Virus record (IMG/VR): IMGVR_UViG_3300020718_000012
Location: 3,710 to 67,709 of that record
DNA: 64,000 nt
Source: a virus
Lineage: Duplodnaviria; Caudoviricetes
Direction: 5' to 3' (one strand)
In this document: positions 7,617 through 16,414 of the stretch, piece by piece
Position numbering within the stretch: position 1 is the first letter of the stretch
How the letters are laid out: every line of letters starts with the position of its first letter
Program-made: the position numbers and the translations under genes
The notes under the pieces: generated by a model
Seen by the model: the letters and a program-made list of their open reading frames with translations, nothing else
Databases searched by the model: none
What the model was told of the DNA's origin: nothing

Positions 7617-7906
7617 TATTCTTCTGATTTTGTTGGTGTTGGTTCTGGAGTTGTTGTGCCTTTAATTTTGCCCATCATATCTCCAATTTCTTTTACTGAA
7701 GCTAATCCTAATGAAGTACAAATAACTACTACATCAGCCCAAACAAGAGCTTCTGAAGGAGCAATATGAGTATCACTATGAGAATTAGAATATAAAGTTA
7801 CAAATAAGGTAAATGCTCCTGCAATACCTACTAATCTTTTACTTGAAGTTTTTTCACTGCTTGAGTCAAAAAATCCTGCTATCCAATTAATAAAATTCTT
7901 TATCAT
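7616..7906 (-). CDS. Putative holin/membrane protein
   Basis: Two hydrophobic segments, SSKRL motif, adjacent to endolysin. Confidence 0.55.
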   Translation of the reverse strand: MIKNFINWIAGFFDSSSEKTSSKRLVGIAGAFTLFVTLYSNSHSDTHIAPSEALVWADVVVICTSLGLASVKEIGDMMGKIKGTTTPEPTPTKSEE

Positions 7907-7907
7907 T

Positions 7908-8324
7908 TTATTTTATTTTATGTTGTAAATATGATATTGTTTCAAATTGTAAAAATATTATTCCTACTAAAATGTATTTTCCTATTTGTTCAAGTTTTTG
8001 AGTAGATTTAAAATCAGCTTCCCTTTTATAGTAAGTTTGTTTATTAATTTCGTAACGCCATTTATAATTGTAGAATGTATCTTTGATATCATTAATGCTA
8101 TTAAAGAGGGAATCATATTTAATATTTTTATCTGTTAAATAATTTTTTAAAGTTTTTATTGTGTCATTATAAGAATTATATAAATTATTAATTTCTTGAC
8201 CTTGTTTAGTTGTTATAATAATAACAGAATCATTTTTAATTTTCTTTGTGATTGGATATTGGCAATATGATGTATGTACTACCAGTATCAATATCAATAG
8301 AATCAAGCTTTGCTTTAACTTCAT
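7908..8324 (-). CDS. Secreted/membrane coiled-coil protein (spanin-like candidate)
   Basis: N-terminal signal sequence, coiled coil, C-terminal hydrophobic segment; overlaps the lipoprotein ORF. Confidence 0.45.
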   Translation of the reverse strand: MKLKQSLILLILILVVHTSYCQYPITKKIKNDSVIIITTKQGQEINNLYNSYNDTIKTLKNYLTDKNIKYDSLFNSINDIKDTFYNYKWRYEINKQTYYKREADFKSTQKLEQIGKYILVGIIFLQFETISYLQHKIK

Positions 8325-8541
8325 TTAATTCTGTTTTTAATTTCACTATTTTACTAACGGTTTCCGTTACTATTTGTTTTTGAGCCTCATCAGCTTTTGC
8401 CTGAGCAACTACACTTTGTTTAGCAGATTCTTCAGTTCTTTTAATTAATGCTTGAAATTCTGCATCATCTTTTAAATCATTGCTAGGCTTCTGAGCAGTT
8501 ACTGAACATCCAAATAAAAATATCATTAAAAAATATCTCAT
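8236..8541 (-). CDS. Lipoprotein (spanin-like candidate)
   Basis: Lipobox MRYFLMIFLFG-C followed by a coiled coil. Confidence 0.55.
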   Translation of the reverse strand: MRYFLMIFLFGCSVTAQKPSNDLKDDAEFQALIKRTEESAKQSVVAQAKADEAQKQIVTETVSKIVKLKTELNEVKAKLDSIDIDTGSTYIILPISNHKEN

Positions 8542-8837
8542 TATTTTATTCCTTTTATTGCTCCTAATTCTTTTAATGTAGATAATTTAGTTGTTGAAAC
8601 AGCACTTAATGAATCTGATTTTCTCAAAGCATCACTTACAATATCAACTCTATGCTCTAATTTTTCCACTCTAATATCTTGTGCTTTAGCTTGAGATTGA
8701 AATGTATTTCTAATGTCTACATACAAATATGATATACCAATTAATACCACAAATAATGTGCCTGCAATAGGGGACTTTGCAAAATCTTTGAAGCTTATTG
8801 GTAATGGGTTTGCTGAAACATTTAATTTCTCTTTCAT
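8541..8837 (-). CDS. Single-TM coiled-coil protein
   Basis: Start moved to ATG 8837 (MKEKL); TM GTLFVVLIGISYLY. Confidence 0.55.
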   Translation of the reverse strand: MKEKLNVSANPLPISFKDFAKSPIAGTLFVVLIGISYLYVDIRNTFQSQAKAQDIRVEKLEHRVDIVSDALRKSDSLSAVSTTKLSTLKELGAIKGIK

Positions 8838-8838
8838 A

Positions 8839-9387
8839 TTAAAATATTTTCTTATAAATACCAAATGTGATTTGATTAGTTGTATAGCTTAAATTATAAG
8901 CTTCATTTTGCTTCTTGTAGTTTATTCCAACACCTACTCCTAATTTCTTATCAAATTGTCTTAAATCGCCAATTAAACCTAAATAAAGTTCATTTTTAGG
9001 CTTATGATATATATCGTTGGTAATTGTAATTGTTTTTTCTACAAAATGAGATTGATAACCTCTTCCAATAATTTTATTTTGGAAAATCGTATCTTGAATA
9101 TATACGCTATTATCCGTATTTATATGTAAAGTATCTGAATATGCTTTTACTTCATTGTAATCTTTAACTATAAAAGCTGTGTCATGTATTGGTAATGTGT
9201 CAGTTAGATAAACTTTATCTATAACTTTATAGGCTATATCTTTGCCTTTTTTATAAATCGTAGTGTCGTGGGGAATTTTTATGGTGTCAATCTTGGTGAT
9301 GACTTTATCTCCTACATATCTGGGATCTCCAAACATGAAGAAGAATAATACTATTAACAATGCTAAAATTAAAATATTCTTAGCCAT
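8839..9387 (-). CDS. Membrane-anchored protein with DT-rich beta repeats (Bacteroidota phage lysis-associated)
   Basis: N-terminal TM; DTIK/DTTIY/DTLP/DTAF repeats; beta-strand-rich C-terminus ending in F. Confidence 0.55.
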   Translation of the reverse strand: MAKNILILALLIVLFFFMFGDPRYVGDKVITKIDTIKIPHDTTIYKKGKDIAYKVIDKVYLTDTLPIHDTAFIVKDYNEVKAYSDTLHINTDNSVYIQDTIFQNKIIGRGYQSHFVEKTITITNDIYHKPKNELYLGLIGDLRQFDKKLGVGVGINYKKQNEAYNLSYTTNQITFGIYKKIF

Positions 9388-9565
9388 TGTCTTTATCTTT
9401 TATATCTTTAGTTTTTAGATGATAATATCTAATTGCAAATATTCCTGATACTATCGCAACCAAACCAGCAATCAAGCTGACAATAGGTTGAATCGAACTT
9501 ATTGTTACAACTGCACTAACTAAACTAATTAATGTAGATACATCAGCTTGACCATTATGTTGCAT
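9380..9565 (-). CDS. Putative holin
   Basis: 61 aa from ATG 9565, two TM segments and basic C-terminus; the longer 9751 call overlaps the upstream gene. Confidence 0.55.
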   Translation of the reverse strand: MQHNGQADVSTLISLVSAVVTISSIQPIVSLIAGLVAIVSGIFAIRYYHLKTKDIKDKDNG

Positions 9566-9582
9566 TATGTATATATTTTCCT

Positions 9583-9590
9583 CAAATATA
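9583..9590 (-). promoter_or_regulatory. -7 box upstream of lysis cassette
   Basis: TATATTTG on minus strand, 18 nt before ATG 9565. Confidence 0.55.
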
Positions 9591-9611
9591 AGTATAATTA
9601 CATTATTTTCA

Positions 9612-9836
9612 TTACATTGGCCATAATTTTTCTGGACATGCTTCTGCACCCACTGGACTGAATACTTTAGCACTAGTTGTACACCCACATTTACCACAAT
9701 AATCTCTAATTGGTGATTGCACCCATGATTCACATCCCATACATACTTCAAGTCTTTTTTCAGCTATTTCCTTTTGCTCTTGGGTAGGATTGATAGCAGT
9801 TATGTAAGATATTAAAATTTCTTTTACTTTGTTCAT
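9612..9836 (-). CDS. Small Cys-rich zinc-binding protein
   Basis: RLEVCMGC...CGKCGC...CPEKLW. Confidence 0.7.
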   Translation of the reverse strand: MNKVKEILISYITAINPTQEQKEIAEKRLEVCMGCESWVQSPIRDYCGKCGCTTSAKVFSPVGAEACPEKLWPM

Positions 9837-9837
9837 A

Positions 9838-10215
9838 TTAGTGTTGTTTATAGGATTTTTCTTCTACCAATTCAGAACCATATTTTTGGTTAATTTGTTT
9901 TTTAATAATGGCTCTGACATCATTTAATTGGTAAACTTCTCTAGCTAATTCCACAAAATTATCTCCAAAATGGCTTTTATGCTCACAATCCCTAAGATCA
10001 TCCTCTACTTTCCATAACTTTTTATTGATGTCATAAAGTTCTTGAGTAAATGGATCTGTTAATGTTTCTGGGTATTTTTTTGCTAATGCTGTTTTAATGA
10101 TTTTCCACTCTTTTTCAATGTTTGCAAGCTTTTCACTATCATGGATGAATAGCTTTTTGATGGTTAGGATAGTATACTTATCTACCACTTCACCTATACT
10201 TACTTCTATTTTCAT
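9838..10215 (-). CDS. DUF6165-like protein
   Basis: EVSIGEVVDKYTIL...INKKLWKVEDDLR...AREVYQLNDVRAIIKKQIN...SELVEEKSY. Confidence 0.75.
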   Translation of the reverse strand: MKIEVSIGEVVDKYTILTIKKLFIHDSEKLANIEKEWKIIKTALAKKYPETLTDPFTQELYDINKKLWKVEDDLRDCEHKSHFGDNFVELAREVYQLNDVRAIIKKQINQKYGSELVEEKSYKQH

Positions 10216-10219
10216 GATA

Positions 10220-10277
10220 TAAAGGTAATAATTTTATTAATATTATTTAATTTAATTAAATTAATTATATAGCTTTG
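10220..10277. promoter_or_regulatory. Divergent promoter region with perfect 18-bp palindrome
   Basis: TTAATTTAATTAAATTAA 10247-10264; TAGCTTTG 10270-10277 (+); near-consensus TACCTTTA (-) at 10220-10227. Confidence 0.65.
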
Positions 10278-10290
10278 CTAAAAAGATAAT

Positions 10291-11646
10291 ATGCCAACAA
10301 GCTATCCATTTTATAAAGATTCAGTTAGAAATTGGGTTTTACAGAATATACCATTAGATGCTAAAATACTAGATATTGGTGCTGGATGTGGCACTTATTC
10401 TGATTTATTGCGTGGATATGGATATAAAATGGATGCAATAGAAATATGGCAACCATATATAGAAAAATATAATTTAGAAAACAAATATGATAAAGTCTAC
10501 AATTGGAATGTAGTAAACATGCCTGCAAGTGCCTATGATTATTATGATTTTTTTATAATGGGTGATATCTTAGAACACTTGTCAATTGATGAAGGCCAAT
10601 GCCTATTAAGTTATTTAAGATTAAAAGGTAAAAAGTTTTTAATTGCAGTACCCTATTCAATGTTTCAAGATGAATATGAGGGAAATAAGTATGAAATCCA
10701 TTTACAGCCAGACTTAACACCAGATATAATGGAGCAAAGATACCCTGAACTTGAGCTTCTATATGGCAATGAGTTTTATGGTTATTATATAAACAAAAAT
10801 GTTAAAGATGAAAAAGCTTATGTCCTTTATGCTGATGACTCCTATTTGGATCTTGTGGTTTGCTGTTGTAATTCCATTAGAAATCATAGCTCTTATCCTA
10901 TTTACGTTTATATGCTTAATTCGGACAATAAAATAAACGTAGAAAATACATTTACCATTAGATGGGAATGTGATGTAAAACATTTACAGAAAAGAAAAGA
11001 TTACATAGATAGAGAAGATAATCAGATTTATAAACTTTTAATAGAAAGGCCTAAGATAGTAAAGCATGCACTAGAAAATTATGCTAATCAAGTAGCTTAT
11101 ATAGATACAGATAGTATAGCTACTAAGTATATAAATTTAATCTTTGATTATTTTGATGCTGAATCTAGCTATCCTTATTTCACTGAAGGTATATATGAAT
11201 ATCTTATAGTTAATGGTAGAGGTGGAGCTGAAAGTAGAGAAGATTTAAGTGGTACATTGGAAGCACCGGCATGTGAATTGTTTGGTTCAAATCAAATGGA
11301 AAGACACAACACCGGATATAGGCAAACAGGATATTTTGTAGCAGGGCAAAAATGTATTGATTTTTTAGAACTTTGGTATTATAGATGCAATCATCCGGTT
11401 ATACTAAAGGATAACGCTAAATACGCTAGCTTTAACGAAGAAACAATTTTACAAACAATGCTATATGATTACAAAGTATATAATGGATTACCATTAGTTT
11501 ATGTTAATGGATTAAGAAAAGGACTTGAATTTAAAGGATATTCATATATGGTTTCAGATTGGTTTAAAGTTCCTGCAAATGAAAAAGAATTGTTATTCTA
11601 TCATGGAGAAAAAAATATAGATAAGATAAATGAATTTATAAAATAA
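10291..11646 (+). CDS. Class I SAM methyltransferase fused to GT-A-like glycosyltransferase
   Basis: ILDIGAGCGTY and GDILEHL in N-terminus; YIDTDSI (DxD) and NEETILQ...FYHGEK in C-terminus. Confidence 0.75.
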   Translation: MPTSYPFYKDSVRNWVLQNIPLDAKILDIGAGCGTYSDLLRGYGYKMDAIEIWQPYIEKYNLENKYDKVYNWNVVNMPASAYDYYDFFIMGDILEHLSIDEGQCLLSYLRLKGKKFLIAVPYSMFQDEYEGNKYEIHLQPDLTPDIMEQRYPELELLYGNEFYGYYINKNVKDEKAYVLYADDSYLDLVVCCCNSIRNHSSYPIYVYMLNSDNKINVENTFTIRWECDVKHLQKRKDYIDREDNQIYKLLIERPKIVKHALENYANQVAYIDTDSIATKYINLIFDYFDAESSYPYFTEGIYEYLIVNGRGGAESREDLSGTLEAPACELFGSNQMERHNTGYRQTGYFVAGQKCIDFLELWYYRCNHPVILKDNAKYASFNEETILQTMLYDYKVYNGLPLVYVNGLRKGLEFKGYSYMVSDWFKVPANEKELLFYHGEKNIDKINEFIK

Positions 11647-11661
11647 CTAAATAAATAACTT

Positions 11662-11826
11662 ATGAAAAAAACATTAAATCAATTTATTGAAGAATTAGAA
11701 TTATTAAAAGAAGAATATATAAAAAGAGGGTATCATGATTATAATAATACAGATAGACAATTTTATGGTCAATTTGTAGAATTATGTCAAATATTAATAG
11801 AATTAAAAGAAAATGTAAAAAAATAG
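11662..11826 (+). CDS. Small hypothetical protein (not in ORF track)
   Basis: 54 aa MKKTLNQFIEELELLKEEY... Confidence 0.45.
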   Translation: MKKTLNQFIEELELLKEEYIKRGYHDYNNTDRQFYGQFVELCQILIELKENVKK

Positions 11827-11883
11827 TTTTGCGACATTTTTATGCGACAAAAATTTATTATCACGACAAAAAAAACAAAAAAA

Positions 11884-12183
11884 ATGACAACATTAAAATG
11901 GGTAAAAAAACAATTAGAAGAAAACTCATTAGAACCTTTATGTTTAAAAATGGATTGGAAAGACATAGATAAATTATTTTCCGAAGCTATGAAAATGGAA
12001 AAAGAAGATTTGTGTAATATGTTTATTGAGGGTTGCTTAAAAAATATGCCTATAAATACACCTTTTAGAGAAAATGAGTTTGAAGATAATGCAGAAATAC
12101 ATTATAATAAAATATTTAATACCAAAATCAAAATAAATCATTATTTACAAAATTATGAAAACAATAGTAACACCGAACATTAA
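11884..12183 (+). CDS. Small phage protein, EKE...AF/Y...YY family
   Basis: MTTLKWVKKQL...AMKMEKEDL...AEIHYNKIF; start at 11884 preferred. Confidence 0.6.
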   Translation: MTTLKWVKKQLEENSLEPLCLKMDWKDIDKLFSEAMKMEKEDLCNMFIEGCLKNMPINTPFRENEFEDNAEIHYNKIFNTKIKINHYLQNYENNSNTEH

Positions 12184-12355
12184 GTTAATTGAAACAGATT
12201 CTAATTTTTTAGAAAAAACTTCTAATAAAATTTTAATAAATGGCGAAGAATGGTATCAACCATTATGGTATAAAAAAATATCTGATGGTATTTTTATTCA
12301 ATATCAATTTGAAGAACTTCCAGATTTTATTAAAAAAGAAATAGAAGCACTATAA
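12155..12355 (+). CDS. Hypothetical protein
   Basis: 66-aa ORF. Confidence 0.55.
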   Translation: MKTIVTPNIKLIETDSNFLEKTSNKILINGEEWYQPLWYKKISDGIFIQYQFEELPDFIKKEIEAL

Positions 12356-12392
12356 TGGCAATCGTATATATACATAGAAGAAAAGATAAAAA

Positions 12393-14447
12393 ATGAAAGT
12401 ATTACTGCTTGAATTACACCTTAGCACAGGAGGAGCACCTCAATTTGCATTAAAAAGAATAGAAAGCTTACAGGCTTATACTAATATAGAAGTGTATTGC
12501 ATAGAACTTAATTTTCATGGAGCTGCTTATGTAGTACAAAGAAATAAAATATTAGATTTACTTGGTGATAGGTTTTATGAAGCTGGTGAGAATAAAATGC
12601 GAGTAATGGACATTATCAATGAAATAAAGCCTGATATAGTGCATATTGAAGATGTAGCAGAAAGATTACCTAAAGAACTTGCAAATGCTTTATATTCAAA
12701 TAATAGGTCTTATAGGATTATAGAAACACCACATGATGTAATGTTTAATCCAAATTCTGATAAAATATATCATCCTGATTTATACTTATTTTGCACTCCA
12801 TATCATATTGATACATATTCTGAAATGGAATCTATGTTTGAAGTAATAGAATATCCAATTGAAAAAAAATTTAATAGTGATTTCAATCCTTCTAGATGGG
12901 CTTCAAGATATAAATTAGGATTTGAAAATAACAAAAAACATGTATTAAATGTTGGTTTATGGACAAAAGGTAAAAATCAGGGTGAAATGCTAGAAATAGC
13001 TCGCAAATATCCTGATATACAATTTCACTCAGTTGGCAATCAAGCAATGAATTTTGCTGAGTATTGGGAACCATTAATGAAAGATGTACCTGCAAATGTT
13101 AAAATATGGGGTGAAAGGGCAGACATAGATACTTTTATGAATGCTGCTGATATTTTTATGTTTAATTCAATAAATGAATGTGCTCCACTAGTTTTAAAAG
13201 AAGCCATATCATACAAGCTTCCAATAGTTAGCCGCTTATTGCCGTCATATCCGACAGAATATGCTGATTATTTATACCCAATAGATGCAGACTTAAATAC
13301 TATTGATAAACCTAAGAGTGAATATGTTTTTAATAATGACTCATCCGTATTTGCTTTGCGACATGAAACTTGTTACGATAAGATATTAAAGTTTCCTATT
13401 AGAAAACAATCTGTAAAAATAACACAACATTTTGTTGATGGTGCATTTTTGGAAATTAAAGGTATTTCAAATAGTAATTTTAAAGTTCAATTTTTAGATG
13501 AAAAAGGCAAGATTGTTTATGAAAATATAATAAAGTCAAACCATTGGGTAAAATTAAATAAACAATACTATATCAAATACACAGCTAAGGTTTGGCAAGA
13601 TGGTCATATGATCTATAAAAACACCTTAGATTTTACAAATAAGACAGTATTTATAGTTATAGATAGTAAATCTCTGGGTGATACAATTGCATGGACAGGA
13701 TATGCCTTAAAATTTCAAGAAGCACATAACTGCCATGTGGTACTATCTACATTTTGGAATCATATATTAGATTATCCTGAATTAGAACTTGTTAAGCCTG
13801 GCACTACTATTAATTGTTATGCTTTATATAGAATAGGTTGGAAGTGGGATGAAAATAAAGAACCAGTTTTATGTAATACTATTCCTTTACAACAAGCAGC
13901 TACTAATATACTTGGTTTGGAATACATGGAAGTTAAGCCTAAGCTTAAAGACACATATGAAATACTTGGCAATAAAACTCCTAATTATGTTGCTATTGCT
14001 ACTAATTCTACTATGGAATGCAAGTTCTGGACTAGAGAAGGATGGCAGGAAGTAATAAACTATCTGGATGGTAAAGGATATAATGTAGTAAATGTTTCTA
14101 AAGAAGATAATCCATTTGATAATTGTTATAAAATAACAAATACTGACATTAGAAATACAATGGATGTTATTGCAGGAGCAAAACTATTTATTGGACTTAG
14201 TTCAGGGTTATCTTGGTTAGCATGGGCATTAAATCAAAAGGTGGTAATGATTTCTAACTTTACTGAATCTGACCATGAATTTGATTGTTATAGAGTAACT
14301 AACCCTGATGTATGTAATGGATGTTGGAATGATCCAAATATTAAATTAGATCCACATTGGAACTGGTGCCCACGAAATAAAGACTTTGAATGTCAAAGGA
14401 CAATACCAGCTAGTATGGTTATAGATAAAATAAAACAAATATTATGA
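12393..14447 (+). CDS. GT4-like glycosyltransferase fused to Aah/TibC-like protein O-glycosyltransferase
   Basis: N-terminal HLSTGGAPQ, KGKNQ, FNSINECAPLVLKEA (GT-B); C-terminal IDSKSLGDTIAW, FIGLSSGLSWLAWAL, and CNGC-x14-C-x7-C metal-binding cysteines. Confidence 0.8.
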   Translation: MKVLLLELHLSTGGAPQFALKRIESLQAYTNIEVYCIELNFHGAAYVVQRNKILDLLGDRFYEAGENKMRVMDIINEIKPDIVHIEDVAERLPKELANALYSNNRSYRIIETPHDVMFNPNSDKIYHPDLYLFCTPYHIDTYSEMESMFEVIEYPIEKKFNSDFNPSRWASRYKLGFENNKKHVLNVGLWTKGKNQGEMLEIARKYPDIQFHSVGNQAMNFAEYWEPLMKDVPANVKIWGERADIDTFMNAADIFMFNSINECAPLVLKEAISYKLPIVSRLLPSYPTEYADYLYPIDADLNTIDKPKSEYVFNNDSSVFALRHETCYDKILKFPIRKQSVKITQHFVDGAFLEIKGISNSNFKVQFLDEKGKIVYENIIKSNHWVKLNKQYYIKYTAKVWQDGHMIYKNTLDFTNKTVFIVIDSKSLGDTIAWTGYALKFQEAHNCHVVLSTFWNHILDYPELELVKPGTTINCYALYRIGWKWDENKEPVLCNTIPLQQAATNILGLEYMEVKPKLKDTYEILGNKTPNYVAIATNSTMECKFWTREGWQEVINYLDGKGYNVVNVSKEDNPFDNCYKITNTDIRNTMDVIAGAKLFIGLSSGLSWLAWALNQKVVMISNFTESDHEFDCYRVTNPDVCNGCWNDPNIKLDPHWNWCPRNKDFECQRTIPASMVIDKIKQIL

Positions 14448-14731
14448 AAACAGCAATGCAAGAACTAATGGAATTAAATGATTTTCTTAAAATAATGGGA
14501 GTAACTATTGAATGGGAAAAATATCTTGAAAAAGAAAAAGAACAGATATGTAATGCTTATGTCGATGGATTAGAAGGACCATATTTGGGAGCAGAACAAT
14601 ACTACAACCAAAACTATAATTTAAAAACAAGTCAAGTATTAATATCTACTAGCGATAATACAACAGAATGGATAACCGAAGTGAAAGATGGGATTACAAT
14701 ATATCAAAGTAAACCAAAGAATAACATATAA
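14444..14731 (+). CDS. Small phage protein, EKE...AY...YY family
   Basis: MKTAMQEL...EKEKEQICNAY...AEQYYNQNY. Confidence 0.65.
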   Translation: MKTAMQELMELNDFLKIMGVTIEWEKYLEKEKEQICNAYVDGLEGPYLGAEQYYNQNYNLKTSQVLISTSDNTTEWITEVKDGITIYQSKPKNNI

Positions 14732-14733
14732 AT

Positions 14734-14766
14734 AAAAGAAGCAGGTTTTTAGGCCTGCTTTCTTTT
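14734..14766. terminator. Bidirectional intrinsic terminator
   Basis: AAAAGAAGCAGG..CCTGCTTTCTTTT between convergent genes. Confidence 0.75.
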
Positions 14767-14780
14767 TATAGGGGGAAGAA

Positions 14781-15119
14781 TTATTTACTTAAATCAGTAT
14801 GAATATCTACTATTGTTTGAGATACTACACCCCATTTAACTTGGTTAAAAAGCTCTTTTAACTTGGTAAAATCAGCATCTTCTAATTCTAATGTAGCTTT
14901 CTTTTCTAAGTCAGCATCAGTAAAGTTTTCTGGTTTAATGTCAAAAAGCTCTTTATGCTCATCTACTTTGTTAAGTAAACGAAGTCTTTTTACCATTTCA
15001 TCTACATTAAATCCTTCTTGTGGATTATTGATAGCTGTTTTTAATAAATCATAAGTGGTAAAGAATGTATCTCTACCATTGATGTTTTCTTTTGAAACTT
15101 TTAATTCAATTGATTTCAT
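14781..15119 (-). CDS. Putative tail-fibre assembly chaperone
   Basis: Small acidic helical protein (LELEDADFTKLKELF) at the end of the fibre cluster. Confidence 0.45.
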   Translation of the reverse strand: MKSIELKVSKENINGRDTFFTTYDLLKTAINNPQEGFNVDEMVKRLRLLNKVDEHKELFDIKPENFTDADLEKKATLELEDADFTKLKELFNQVKWGVVSQTIVDIHTDLSK

Positions 15120-15136
15120 AAAATATATATTTTAAT

Positions 15137-15162
15137 CAAAATTAGTTTAATTAATTTAATTA
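15137..15162 (-). promoter_or_regulatory. -7 box with TAATTAAATTAA box
   Basis: Minus-strand TAATTAAATTAA (15151-15162) then TAATTTTG (15137-15144). Confidence 0.6.
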
Positions 15163-15172
15163 AAAAAATATT

Positions 15173-15538
15173 TTAGATACCACTCGTACCTGAAGTTCCA
15201 CTAGTGCCAGATGTTCCTGATGTACCTGAACTACCGCTTGTACCTGATGTACTAGGAACTGGTGTCACATAATCACCTGTAATAGTTAATTTTAATGTGG
15301 ATGCTATCCAATCCCAAGCATAATTATTAGTTTCATAAGCTAAGTAATCTGCACCTGTCATTGTTAAATTTCCTTGTGCTACCATTGCTCCAACTGTTAA
15401 ATCATCATTTTCTTCTAATAGAGCATAATAAAAGGTTGCTTGAGTAGCTAAGTTATCACTAATAACATAAGCATTTAAGATTTTAGCTTGGACTGCTGAA
15501 CCATTTGCCCAAGAAGTTACTGGTTGAATTGTTTTCAT
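15173..15538 (-). CDS. Tail-fibre-associated protein with C-terminal (GTS)n tail
   Basis: Globular ~95 aa then PSTSGTSGSSGTSGTSGTSGTSGTSGI. Confidence 0.7.
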   Translation of the reverse strand: MKTIQPVTSWANGSAVQAKILNAYVISDNLATQATFYYALLEENDDLTVGAMVAQGNLTMTGADYLAYETNNYAWDWIASTLKLTITGDYVTPVPSTSGTSGSSGTSGTSGTSGTSGTSGI

Positions 15539-15565
15539 TTTTTGTTATTTTATTTTTTAATATTA

Positions 15566-16414
15566 TTAAGTACAAGCTAAATCATAAGATGTACTATTAC
15601 CATATAAATATACCGTTTGATTAGCAAATATAGCTGGTGGACTCACTCTTCCTGGACATCCTGATGGTAAAGATGCATATGCCCCTACACCCACAGAAGC
15701 TGCTGTAGTACCATCATTTATATCTATATTATCTCCTATGGCAAGTATTAAAGTGGTTCCTGATGTTACACTTATATTTCCAAAAGATTGATCAGATGTA
15801 CTTACAGCTGGTGAAGATATCTTAGTATAGCTTGAACCACCATTAGTTGAATACCATACATATCTTCCTGATCTTGCAGTACTTTGTTTTGCATGTATAG
15901 TTACTGTATATGTAGGTGGAGAACAAGAACCTATAGATGATACAGTCATATATGATGTAGTTTGAACTGAATTATATACCCAATATCCTTGAAGATAATA
16001 ATACCCAACTGGAAAAACAACTGTAGGATATAAATAAGTAGAGTATAAGACTGTTCCAGTTGTTAAAACACCATTCCAAGCAACACCTGCTGTTCCATAT
16101 GTTCCTAATGCACAAGCTAAAGCTGAAGTAGAATATGGATTTAATGTCCCATATGGACTACTTGTAAAACTATAACCATATAATAAATCACTTGAATTAG
16201 TTAAGTTTCTTTTTACCACTAATTGATTACTTGCTTTACTTGCATATGAGCTATTTCCTGTATTAAAATTTACATATGTATTTGCTTGAGAAGCTGTAAT
16301 TTCTTTATTTGTTGCAGGGATAGAAGTCTTAGCAGTAAATACACCAGTATTAACTGCATCTTGTAAATTATTACATGAAACTGTTTGATTTGCCAATAAT
16401 CCTGCCCAACTCAT
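15566..16414 (-). CDS. Putative tail fibre/receptor-binding protein
   Basis: Ser/Thr/Gly-rich beta-type sequence; MSWAGLLANQTVSCNNLQDAV N-terminus; next to the long fibre. Confidence 0.6.
   Translation of the reverse strand: MSWAGLLANQTVSCNNLQDAVNTGVFTAKTSIPATNKEITASQANTYVNFNTGNSSYASKASNQLVVKRNLTNSSDLLYGYSFTSSPYGTLNPYSTSALACALGTYGTAGVAWNGVLTTGTVLYSTYLYPTVVFPVGYYYLQGYWVYNSVQTTSYMTVSSIGSCSPPTYTVTIHAKQSTARSGRYVWYSTNGGSSYTKISSPAVSTSDQSFGNISVTSGTTLILAIGDNIDINDGTTAASVGVGAYASLPSGCPGRVSPPAIFANQTVYLYGNSTSYDLACT

Noticed and set aside
9566-9751. N-terminal extension of ORF 9380-9751
   Set aside because: Overlaps the Cys-rich gene and the -7 box; ATG 9565 preferred.
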